Assembly: GCA_964016885.1 (NCBI GenBank)
Contig: OZ024741.1
Span: 183,520,001 to 183,584,000 of the forward strand
Direction of reading: 5' to 3'
DNA length: 64,000 bases
Source of the DNA: Eledone cirrhosa
Taxonomy: Eukaryota
Shown: in pieces, positions 51,762-64,000 of the stretch
Layout: every line of letters starts with the position of its first letter
How positions within the stretch are numbered: the stretch's first letter is position 1
Program-made: the position numbers and the translations under genes
The notes under the pieces: generated by a model
Seen by the model: only the letters and a program-made list of their open reading frames with translations
Database searches by the model: none
Told to the model about the DNA's origin: nothing

Positions 51762-53309
51762 TAAGGAAAAAAGATGAAATCGAAAATGCAACTGGAGTCT
51801 TTTTAAAAAAAATATATATATATTTATTTGGTTCCTTTACCGGTTTAGCAGTTCTTCTGCTTTTCAAAAGTAGAGTTGAGGGTTTGTGGTTTTTCTCACA
51901 TCTGGTTGGTCTTTGAATGTTACTTGTTTTATATGGCAAAAAGTGACTCGAAATGCCAGGTTTTTAGAGAAGTGATTTGATTGGTTGGTGAATAAGTATA
52001 CATTTCGCGCCAGTTCGTGAAATGTATACTTATGGTTGTTTTTTCATATATGAGTGAAGTTTGGTTGGTTGATGCAGTCACGTGAATAAGCACATCAGCT
52101 TTCGCGCCAGTCATGGCATACTTGGAAGTCCATATATATGAACAGTCCAAATCAAAATACGGATAGAACTTCCACAAATATTTGTCAGAGAATTGGAAAC
52201 GCTACTTGGATGATTGTCTGATTCTTTGGTCCCACACACTCGACCAACTAAATGATTTCAAAAATTTAATTAACGGCATCAATAACCACATCCAATTCAC
52301 AATTGAATACAGCCAAGATCAACTCCCATTTCTGGACATCTTAATCTTAAAAAAATACACAAATATTGAAACTGACATACACTACAAACCAACAGATTCC
52401 AAACAATACCTGCTATTCACATCCAACCATCCAAAGCACACGAAGACGAACATTCCTTTTAAACTAGCAAGACGAATTTGCACAATTGTCTCCAATTATG
52501 AAACACGAAATAAAAGACTTCAAGAATTAAATGAAATTCTACTCGAAAGACAGTACCCACCATTACTAACAAATAATGGAATAGAAAGGGCTAAAGCAAT
52601 AGGCATTGATGAATTACGAAAACAGAAACAAATTCAAGGTACGTCCAATATTTTATGATATATCTCAACACACAACCCAAGAAATGCGGAAGCCTACAAC
52701 ACTATTCACAATAACATCCCACTATTGAAACAAGACCCAAGAATGAAAAAAGCCCTTGAAACACACAAAATAAGCAAAAGCAAAAGACAACCGAAATCAC
52801 TAAAAACAGTACTCACCAATGCCAAATTACCTACCACAAACCCACAACCAACTGTCAAAAAATGTGGTCGCTCTAATTGTAGAACCTGCACTTACTTCAT
52901 TGAACGCAACACGTATACATTTCAATCAGGACAACATTTTGCTGTAAAAAATCACTTCACTTGCTCATCAAAAAATCTAATTTATGCCATTAAATGTAAA
53001 GGATGCAATGAAGATTATATAGCACAAACTAAACTCACACTAAGAAACAGAATGACAGTTCATCGCTAACAATTACGAGATCCAACCACAAGACAGATAC
53101 CACTAAGTGCACATCTAGACATATGCGCAAGTAATACTCTAACACCTTAATATGCTAACCCCCCCCACACACATACACACAATCACATAACTCCCTCCCC
53201 CATTTCTACTAACGGAATCATTTTCCTACACACACACACACAAAAAAAATATATATATTCTCTCCATCTTAACATGCTAACCATACTCCCACACACACAT
53301 AACACCCAC

Positions 53310-53341
<32 letters not shown>

Positions 53342-54490
53342 AACACTCATACACACACACACATAACACCTATACACACACACACATACACACAACTCCC
53401 TCCCATATTTCTACTATTCATCTTCTTACACACACACACACACACACACATACATACACACACACACACACAAGCACACAAATAAACATACATATCTCTA
53501 CTTTCTTTATTTCAATACAAAATCTGAATTCTGACACCCCAGCGAACAACCCATATTCACTGAACCAGAACAATTCTCCCCATCCCATTTCTCTTGACCA
53601 TTATCTTTTGTTTGCCACAAAATTCTCTAAAAGGCTACAAAACAAATTCCCAAATACGGGCGCGAAAATTAATGAACTTGTTCACGTGACAGTCATAATT
53701 TCATTTATAACGAATCAAATTACTTTTTTAAAAAAGAGCCTTTGTTAGCCACTTTTTTAAAGTAAAAAGAAATTCAAACACAAACTGGCGCGAAAGCTGA
53801 TGTGCTTATTCACGTGACTGCATCAACCAACCAAACTTCACTCATATATGAAAAACAACCTGAGCTCCCCCCCCCTTTGTTTCTTTATTTCAATAGAAAG
53901 TCTGAATTCTGACACCCCAGCGCACCAGCCATATTCACTGAACCAGAACAATTCTCCCCATCCCATTTCTCTTGACCATTATCTTTTGCTTGTCATAAAA
54001 TTCTCTAAAAAGGCTACAGAATAGATTTCCAAATAAGGGCGCGAAATTTAATGAAAACTTGTTCACGTGACAGCAATAATTTCATTTATAACCAATCAAA
54101 TTACGTTTATTTAAAAAAAAGCCTTCGTGAGCCCCCCTTTTTTTAAGTAAAAAGAAATTCAAACACTCATATATGAAAAAACAACCTGAGCCCCCCCCCC
54201 TTGTTTGAAGAACTTTGTAACGCGAACTGGCGCGAAATTTATTATAATTATTGACCAACCAATCAAATTACTTCTCTGAAAACCTGGCGTTTCGAGCCAC
54301 GTTTTTCCATATAAAACAAGTAACATTCAAAGACCAACCAGATGTGAGAAAAACCACAGACCCTCCATCTCAACTCTACTTTTGAAAAGCAGAAGAACTG
54401 CGAAACCGGTAAAGGAACCAAATAAATATATATATATATTTTTAAATAAGACCCCAGTTGCATTTTCTATTTCATATTTTATTCTTTATA
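51762..54490 (+). mobile_element. 5'-truncated Penelope-like element (RT thumb plus GIY-YIG at about 52150-53140, with stops), an inverted copy of its 3' end upstream (51762-52110) and an internal tandem duplication (about 53500-53860 / 53880-54190)
   Basis: WKRYLDD, FLDI, YKPTDSKQYL, KCGRSNCRTC and NLIYAIKCKGCNEDYI; 51762-52110 is the reverse complement of 53785-53860 plus 54225-54490. Confidence 0.9.
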
Positions 54491-54709
54491 TAAATATATA
54501 TATATATATATCTAAGTCCAAAATTAAGATAAAATGAATTAAATGAATTTAATCTAGGTCCAAAATTATCTCATGTATATTTATATGTTAATCAATCTCT
54601 AGTTATTATATATATATATATAATCAAAAGGGATATTCAATTTGTTGGTAATTCAACAAATATAAATGTTTATAACTGATTCAAAGCACTCGACAGATTT
54701 TTCTGGAGT

Positions 54710-54995
54710 ATAATATTCAATGATATTAAATAAATGGAAACTATATTTATAAAACCATATTTATTCTATTATATATATTTCAAGGGTACCAAAGAAGAAC
54801 TTAACGGTTCAAGTTTTTCCAGGAAAAACTTGAACCGTTAAGTTCTTCTTTCCTGGTTATGTCAATATTTATAAAACAAACTTTGTATTTTATCTGATGA
54901 GAGCGTACGAAAGTTTTGGTACCCTTGAAATATATATAATAGAATAAATATGGTTTTATAAATATAGTTTCCATTTATTTAATATCATTGAATAT
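54710..54995. mobile_element. Inverted-repeat cassette with an internal hairpin (54792-54850) and a hammerhead (54888-54946, +)
   Basis: aagaagaacttaacggttcaagttttt pairs with aaaaacttgaaccgttaagttcttctt; ctgatga-gagcgtac...gtaccctt-gaaa. Confidence 0.7.
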
Positions 54996-55035
54996 ATATA
55001 TATATATATAAATATATATATATAATCATTATTAC

Positions 55036-55213
55036 AGCAGTATCAGTAGATGTTCGGACGCCATGCTTTCCAGCATAGTTACGTCCCTTTACGATTTGAG
55101 TTCAAATCCCGCCGATGTTAACTTTGCTTTTCATCCTTACGGGGTCGATAAAATAAAGTACCAGTAATGCACTGGGTAATTGCTGGCCTTGTGCCTAAAG
55201 TAGAAACAATTAT
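55036..55213 (+). mobile_element. tRNA-derived SINE
   Basis: Matches the window SINE consensus. Confidence 0.92.
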
Positions 55214-56402
55214 TACAGACATTACTGTTATGGGGTGGATGCAATTGACATGTTTCAGTTTCTAAACTCTTCCATAAATTAGATTTCACAACTCCATATG
55301 TTTATAGCCACATATAAAAAATTACAAAATATGTTCAAATTCGTGATGTCAGGTATCTTTAATAGTATCATATGCTAGCTTTGATAATATAGATGGGAAA
55401 ACAACTGAGTTTGTTGCATATGAACGGCGTTTTTCTGCTACACAAGGAGAGTACTTACTGTAGGGACAGACATTCTTGCTATTTGAAGGCTGTTACCACC
55501 CATAGAGACGGTAGCAGTTATCAATGACTGCCCTAGAAATGACAGATAATGAACACGTTCTCAGCAGAAGATAGAGTTATTTACAGATTATCAGAGGCCA
55601 ACTGCCAAATCACTTCAGTTGACACCAATTAGAGTCTAAACAATGTCAACAGACTCAGACTATTAGTAACAACTGTTTATAGACAGCTCAAGCTATTTTT
55701 ACTAAACGCATGCATTACCCAGAAAAACGAATTTGTCAAGGCTCACAAACATTTGGCTCATATTGAATGAAGTTCAACCACTTCGAATTTTATAGTAAAA
55801 CGCATTAGAGATGTGGTCATAATGAGGAACTGAATATCAAGTCCCTCCAGAGCACCAAGAAAGGATGCAATGACAATATCATGGTCTAGGGGGCTTTCAA
55901 CTAAAAGTCTTCGTTTTATTCATCTCATCTCAGTCACCATGAAGTGCGTACAAATGAACATTTTGAGAGAACGTTTTGCCTTATGTGATAACAATTTGTT
56001 AATCAAATAAATCCCGATGGACGGCCATGCCACCAAACAAACTGCATATTTTAGATTGGGAAATGATTAAATTTCTTTGATGGCAGATCTTTTTGAAGAA
56101 GCTTCAGTTTATTCATAATTTCCAGTATCAATGAGGTTAATAACCTAGCGCGCTCAATCTCCTTATCTCAAACCAATTGAAAATACTTGGCACAAAGTTA
56201 ATCATGGCACCAATGTTCAAATCCGATCAAAATCCCAAGAATCTTTTCAGTGTGATGAAAGTGTTCCTGACAAAATACTATATTTTGATGTCAGCACCTG
56301 AGCCTGTTGCCAGTGCCAGATTAAGATCCTGTCTTACAGATATCGTAAGATTGTTGAGAGAAAATGATTTCATACTGGTTATTGATCCGCTGTTTGTGTT
56401 AA

Positions 56403-56978
56403 TAATAATTGTTTCTACTTTTGGCACAAGGCCAGCAATTATCCCAGTGTATTACTGGTACTTTATTTTATCGACCCCGTAAGGATGAAAGGCAAAGTTA
56501 ACCTCGGCGGGATTTGAACTCAGACCATAAAGGGCCGTAACTCTTTGCTGCAAAGCATGGCGTCCGACCCTCTACCGATACTGCCAATCCACCGTTTGTG
56601 TTAATAATAATTGTTTCTACGTTAGGCACAAGGCCAACAATGACCCAGTGTATTACTGGTACTTTATTTTATCGACCCCGTAAGGATGAAAGGCAAAGTT
56701 AACCTCGGTGGGATTTGAACTCAGAATGGCAAGGGCCGTAACTCTATGCGTCAAAGCATGGCATCCGACACTCTACCAATACTGCCTTAATAATAATTGT
56801 TTCTACTTTAGGCACAAGGCCAGCAACTACCCAGTACATTACTGGTACTTTATTTTATCGACCCCGTAAGGATGAAAGGCAAAGTTAACCTCGGCGGGAT
56901 TTGAACTCAGACTGTAAAGGGACGTAACTATGCTAGAAAGCATGGCGTCCAACCCTCTACCGATACTGCCAATTCACC
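56403..56978 (-). mobile_element. Three head-to-tail SINE copies (56403-56592, 56603-56786, 56790-56978)
   Basis: Three consensus matches; gtttgtgttaataat is duplicated around the first copy. Confidence 0.93.
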
Positions 56979-57036
56979 AATAATGGTTAATTTCAAGGTT
57001 CTAATTATATGACGGCTTGTATTCTATAAACAGTAC

Positions 57037-57063
57037 CTCACAGTGACAAGAGGTTTCAACTGG
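57037..57063 (-). CDS. Candidate 27-nt exon, (S)QLKPLVTV
   Basis: Acceptor aattttag|, donor GAG|GTACTG; symmetric phase 2-2; open in the frame set by the signal-peptide exon. Confidence 0.35.
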
Positions 57064-57106
57064 CTAAAATTTCTGGTCACTATGAGGTATTGAACCTTCC
57101 AATTCC

Positions 57107-57221
57107 CACCACTACCACCACTACTACTACTACCACCACCACCACCACCACCACTACCACTACCACCACCACCACCACCACCACCACCACCACCACCACC
57201 ACCACCACCACCACCACCACC

Positions 57222-57256
<35 letters not shown>

Positions 57257-57257
57257 A
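57107..57257. repeat. (ACC)n/(ACT)n trinucleotide microsatellite
   Basis: Directly visible. Confidence 0.97.
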
Positions 57258-57763
57258 ACACACACACACACATACACACACATACGCGCAATATAATACA
57301 TACACATACATACACATACACACGCACACACATGCACACACATATACACACACACACACATACGCATACATACATATAAACATTTGTTTTAAAACTGAGT
57401 TTGTCTGAGCTGCTATTCGGAGATTTTCGTTCCGGATTCAGAATCAAATAAATGTTATTTCACTCTACTTAACGGTATTGAGCATTACTTTTTCAATAAT
57501 TTTGAACCCACAATCACACACGCATGCATACACAGGCGCAGGCGAAATAATAACTAAATGCAAAGTCGCTCGTCCCTCCAAGCAAAACCCAAGCCAACAC
57601 CAAGCCTAAACAAACACGTATATATAACATATACAGCATAAAGACCATATATACCAAACACATTCACAGAGGTAGGTAATTTAAAAGTAATATGTCCGCT
57701 AGCTTTATAAATATACGTCTTGCATATGATTGAACGTCTTAACAATTTTCCAACCAACAATAC

Positions 57764-57816
57764 CTGCAATGCATTATTAAGGCAATAGACCCTATTAATA
57801 GTACTATATTATACAT
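57764..57816 (-). CDS. Candidate first coding exon encoding a signal peptide, MYNIVLLIGSIALIMHC
   Basis: ATG at 57816, hydrophobic core, donor CAG|GTATTG (phase 2), upstream acceptor tttcaaaattgctatag at 57866. Unique sequence between microsatellites. Confidence 0.5.
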
Positions 57817-57891
57817 TCTTAGATTCTTAAGTTCCTTCTTTCTTTCACTTTTTCCTTTTGAATTCCTATAGCAATTTTGAAAGAAATCACA

Positions 57892-57892
<1 letters not shown>

Positions 57893-57966
<74 letters not shown>

Positions 57967-57987
57967 TACATATATATTTATATATAT

Positions 57988-58043
<56 letters not shown>

Positions 58044-58517
58044 TCAAATATTTCTTTAGCACTAAGTTTTATACTCCCTCAATCACATTCTCTCTCTTTG
58101 TTTCTCCCCCTTTCTTCCCCCCCCCCCCCCTCTCTCTCTATATATATATATATGTATGTATGAATGTATTTATGTATTTCTTTATGTGTGTATGTAAGGT
58201 ATGTACGTATGCATTTCTGTTTGTCTGTATGTATGTATGAATGTATGTATGTATGTATGTGCGTACGTGTATGTATGTATGTATGTATGTATGTATGTAT
58301 GTATGTATGTATGTATGCATGTATTTGTGTATATGTATGTGTGTGTGTGTCTATGCGTGAGTCTGTATGTGTGGCCATAATAAAACAATGAAAAAAGGAG
58401 ACAAAACCTAGGTAATAATTACCATAAAAACAATCATAGAAAGGAATGTAGTCAACCGTATTAGGTAAGGCTTAGTACAGAAATGAATAGCCAAAAATAT
58501 ATGAACACATATATACA

Positions 58518-58564
<47 letters not shown>

Positions 58565-58639
58565 CATACATACATATATACATGCATATATACCTATATA
58601 CATATATGCATCCATACATACATACACATATACCTACAT

Positions 58640-58704
<65 letters not shown>

Positions 58705-59003
58705 CATACACATATACATACATACATATATACATACATACATATATACATGCATATATACCTACATACCTACATACATACATACATACATATATATACC
58801 TACATATATACATACATACATATATACATGTATACATACATACAAATATTTATACATACATACATGATGGCTGCCTCCTCGTTATCGAGTATGGCTTTAC
58901 ATATATACATACATATATACATACATACATATATACAAACATACATACATACATGTATATATGCATGCATATATACCTACATCCATCCATCCATCCATCC
59001 ATC

Positions 59004-59035
<32 letters not shown>

Positions 59036-59316
59036 CCTACATACATACATACACACATACATACATACATATATACACATATACATACACATATACATAC
59101 ATACACATATACATATATACATACACATATACATACATACATATATACATATATTCATACACATATACATACATACATACATACATACATCCATACATAT
59201 ATACCTACATACATACATACATACATACATACACATATATATATATATATATACCTTCCTACCTACCTACCTACATACATACATAATATATACCTACACA
59301 TTTATAACAAACAACT

Positions 59317-59352
<36 letters not shown>

Positions 59353-59620
59353 GTGTGTGTGTGCGTGTGTGTACCTACTTTTCTACTTACCCACCTGCCT
59401 ACATACATATATGCATATATTACATGGATATCCCAGTCTATTTATCCATATATATGTATGTATGGATAAATAGATTAAATTAAATTATCTTTCTGTGTAA
59501 ATATGTAGGTCTACACACACACACACACATTCACGTATAGAAACGTACACGCATACACACACACACACACACATATACATACACGTATATATATATATAT
59601 ATATGTACGTGTGTGTATAT
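57893..59620. repeat. Compound (TA)/(CA)/(TACA)n microsatellite region
   Basis: Directly visible. Confidence 0.95.
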
Positions 59621-60352
59621 GTACTTACGTGCTTGTGAATATGTATTTACACCCCTCCACATCAATATACACAACACTCCTCCACAACAGCTACACACAT
59701 CATTCCATCCACACACACACATATAGACACAGGAAAATCTCTACTAATGTTCTTAGCATGACATGGCCTAAAGCATCAACAAAACATTATGAAAGAATAT
59801 AGGAATTATAATTCCTATATTATTTCCACACTTGAAAAGATTTCCGTTTGCGTTTAGCCAAAAAATTAAAACAAAAATTAAATCAAAAAAGAGAGAAAAA
59901 AATTACCCCGATGGGCTTCCATACTAAATGAAACATTTCCATAATAATAATGATTTGATTTGCTGTCTAGCTTCGCATTTTCCCGTGTTTTTCCGTCGTT
60001 TTTTCTCCGTTTTCTTTTGACGCGTATTAGTGACGAGAGAGAACGCCAAGAAAGGGGCGGGGATTTACAAAATGAGTTAAGAAATAAGGACAATCATATT
60101 AAGAAACAACTGTTGAAGAAGTCTTAAGAACTGAGATGTGTCTTATACTTATTTCATACACTTATCTTATCTTATTTAATCTTACCATTTTTATTATTAT
60201 TATTGTTCTCCCACAACCACCCACTTTGTTTGAAATGATTGGCACACATATATACACCCACACACGTACACACCCACACGCATATTTATATATGTATGTA
60301 TGAATGTATTTTTGTATGTATGCATGTTTGTGTCTATGTATGTATGTATGTA

Positions 60353-61130
60353 TGTTCTTCTGGTTTTATAATTTCACAAAGTTTTACCAATGGAGAGAGA
60401 GTCGGTTTCTAACATAGACACAAGACTCTCTCATTGGAATTTACACAACATCAACTAGGTAGATATGTATGCATGCATGTGTAGATATGGATGTTATTGT
60501 ATGTGTGGATGTGTATGTTTTGAGTTGTATGTGTGCATGTGTATATGCTTTGTATCTGTACATGTGTATATGCAGTTATTAGATGCAACATTTTTGGAAT
60601 GTTTTACATATTTTTACTGTTCCATTAATGGATTGTACTTGTAGTTTCCTAACTAGTTGTGTTCTCTCTGTTCCTGTGAAGCCTAGCTTCTCAAGATTTG
60701 TATTGAGGCAGTTAATAACATATCCCAGTGCCCCAATAATCACAGGCATTATGTATGTATGTATGTATGTATGTATGTTATCTCTTTCTCTTAATTTCGA
60801 GTATATTTTTGACCGGCCACCTTCCTGGTGGCAAGGTTGTAAAGAAAAAGAAATTGTCATCCCTTGAATCGCAAGAATGTTTTGCAAATTTTGAAGGTGC
60901 CAGCTATCGCAGCCATTTGTAGACTATGAATTAGGGAGCTGCGCTTTTTGTCCGCAAATCCAAGTTCAGTCATACTTTGGTCCAAGCGGGTTGGTATATA
61001 ACCCGTAGCTCCAATAATGATGGTTATGAAGCTAAAGGTGTATCTTGGATACTGGATTTGTAAACTCCTCATCAATGGTCCGTAGATGTCCTCCTTCTCC
61101 TGTATTTTTCTGACAACGTTTACATCAAAA
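60353..61130 (-). mobile_element. Two tandem 3' fragments of R4/Dong-like non-LTR elements separated and bounded by (TACA)n
   Basis: MPVIIGALG...INGTVKICKTF (60353-60750) and TIIIGATG...IAGTFKICKTFLRF (60780-61130). Confidence 0.7.
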
Positions 61131-62341
61131 TGTATGTATGTATGTTTGTATGTAAGTATGTACGTATGTATGTGTGTATGTATGTATGTTTGTACGCATG
61201 TATGTATGTATGTATGTATGTATGTATGTATGTATGTATGTATGTATGTATGTATGTATGTATGTATGTATGTACGTATGTATGTGTGTATGTATGTTTG
61301 TACGCATGTATGTATGTATGTATGTATGTATGTATGTATGTATGTATGTATGTATGTATGTATGTATGTATGTATGCATGCATATATGTATGTATGTATG
61401 TATGTATGTCTCATGGTCGGGTCGTTGGCGACTAAACTGGCAACCCCACCAAGGTTTCTTGGTGAGGAGGGTGACTTTGGACATCCTGCAGGACTAAAAA
61501 CAAAACCTGTCAAAGGGCAAAGGAGCTCTTAAGAAGCAATGGCCATCCAAAATCACTGGGAGAGATGACTCCTTAGCCTTTGTCAAGGCAGAATTCTAGG
61601 AGAAGGAAAACTCTGATATAACACCTGCAACCCTGATGGTATCCAATGATGTTGACTTGTTCTTCTTTTTGGTAAATATCATCTTGGTTAAGAGAGTGGG
61701 ACTGGCTTTGTGCAGTGCCTTTGCTCACTATAAAAGCTTCACGGCACAGGCATTGCTTTATATCTGGAGATCTCTCTGCACTTGTCGTCACATGGTACCA
61801 TGGGCCCAGCACTAGGTGTCAATAATTGTCACAAGTGTAGTGTTTGTACCAGAGTTTTCAAGTCGCTGGCTGGACTAAAAAGTCACACTCGTTCAGCGCA
61901 TCGGTAGGGGTTCTCCTACATGGATATAAAGTAGTGGCCGTACTCGAAAACGAGTTGGCAGCCACTATATATGTTTGTATGTATGTATGTATGTATGTAT
62001 GTATGTATGTATGTATGTATGTATGTATGTATGTATGTATGTATGTTTGAATGTATGTAGGTATGTCTATCTATCTATCTATATGTGAGCGCATGGAAAG
62101 CTGCTCCAGAGAAACAGAACACTGACTTGACTTAAAATTATTCATATCTACGATAGCATTGAGTTCCTATTCTCGCGACCGTCTACGAAACGTAGGGGCA
62201 CCGTATTGACATACAGCGTTTCTTGGGCATTTTTTTAAAGCCTGACGGAGCCCATCCTTCTCTAGGCCTGAGTACAGCAGATTTCTTCCAGAGAAAGATA
62301 TAAAATGAGAGAGAGGAAATCAGAAAGAGATATAGAGGAAG

Positions 62342-62480
62342 AATCGACCCCAGTATTAGACTGGTACTTTTTTATCGACCTCGAAAGGGTGAGAGGAAAA
62401 GTTGGCTTCGGTAGGATTTTAATTCAGAGAGCAGAGAGCCGGAACGAATACCATAAAGCATTCTCTCCGACGTTCTACCG
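62342..62480 (-). mobile_element. Older, diverged SINE of a related family
   Basis: ctggtactttttttatcgacctcgaaagggtga-like core with degenerate B-box. Confidence 0.7.
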
Positions 62481-62815
62481 AGTGTAATGTGATGATATTA
62501 AGCACTCAACGTCAGTTCTACCTGTTAAATAAGATCTGGAATCACGTAGACTACTGCCCAACGGAGTATTGGTATGTTAATAAATATGAAAACACAGTTC
62601 TACCTTTTCACACTTCAGTTTATTAAATAACAACCGATGTGTACATTTCATAAGCGCCTGATGATTGTTACGTAAGAATAACTTTGTGAAATACTGTCGC
62701 TCGACTTAAGCTATTCTTAGGTAACCATCATCTGGTGCCTCTGAAATGTACATAACGGTTGTTATACAATGAATTGAAGTATGGAAAAGTAAAACCGTGA
62801 CTTCATATTTATTAA

Positions 62816-63052
<237 letters not shown>

Positions 63053-63915
63053 TTTAAGGTGTAATCCAAATAGAGAACTCGTATGTTTCAACATGGGTTT
63101 CACTAGTTTCCCAGGAGAATTAATTCGTTTAGATAGCACCTTTTAACTGTAACTACTCTACATCTCAACACGCATTGAGTACTATTGGTTATGATTTGTT
63201 ACGATAAGAAATCAGTGCATACAAAATATGTTGTAGTTTTTTTTAACAAAGGGATTTGCAGAAGGAGTAATTGTAATTTAATTTTTTTTTACCAAACAGT
63301 CGTTACTCTAGCACTGATATAACTCAACCAGTTTTTTTAATATTCGTGAATTATATGAGCTGTTATAATGTAGAATATTCAATATTGCATTTGAGGTAAA
63401 AACATCTAAGGGGTATAACTCATTACATATAGAGTAAATATTTTTATGCGCTAGTTATGTCAATTGTGTAGTTAGAAATAGCGACAGTAACGGATGTGAA
63501 AAAAAATGGCGAAAAGTTTAAAGATCTATAAAATACAAAGGAAGATGGAGGAAAGGAAATAAAAAAAATGTATATATGAAAGTATAGATCTTTGAAAACT
63601 GTTGAAAATATAAAATATCGGATAGTGCAATGTAACAAAGTGGAGTGGGAAGTTTGCCTCTATTCTTAGTTTAAAATAAAGAGAGAAATGGAGCCATGGT
63701 ATATACATAGTTAAATGTTGACTCCAAATGAGTGTATTATTATACACTTTAGTTAGCCACAAGAGGCACATACAGACACACACATACATCCACACACATA
63801 TATATATATATTATATATATATATATAACTATACACACACGCATACATATCTATATATATATATATGTGTGTAAGTATTAAGTTGTTAAACAATATTCGA
63901 TGATTATGTCAAAGA

Positions 63916-64000
<85 letters not shown>

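Noticed and set aside
55215-56390. 1.2 kb of non-simple sequence as a host exon or hAT-like transposase relic
   Set aside because: No sustained ORF; only a weak ETCQLHP motif on the minus strand. Cannot be called without a database search.
61410-61970. Unique-looking segment between (TATG)n tracts as a gene
   Set aside because: No credible ORF; resembles a LINE untranslated region but cannot be assigned.

Overview
Eukaryotic, microsatellite-rich genomic DNA, most likely cephalopod (octopus-type tRNA-derived SINEs, Penelope-like elements, dense (TA)n/(CA)n/(TACA)n). Bases 1-32.7 kb are one array of a 21-bp unit (GGTGTTGATGGTGGTGTTGTT) that runs off the left edge. It has nested higher-order repeats with offsets of 1806, 3525, 4992 and 16054 bp. 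On the minus strand the array holds two overlapping giant open frames: a mucin-like (PTTPPST)n frame of 4640 aa (32672-18750), and a Met-less (INTNNTT)n frame that the ORF track does not list (32712-17848, about 4950 codons, dense in N-glycosylation sequons, ending in a His/Gln tail). Upstream on the same strand I predict by eye three small phase-compatible exons (57816-57764 signal peptide, 57063-57037, and one starting at 49185), which suggests a secreted glycoprotein gene. Bases 32.8-64 kb are otherwise intron-like: decayed Penelope RT/GIY-YIG copies, more than 10 hammerhead-ribozyme motifs (many in inverted pairs), SINEs with target-site duplications, R4/Dong-like and RTE LINE fragments, and microsatellites. 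All gene models are unverified inferences.
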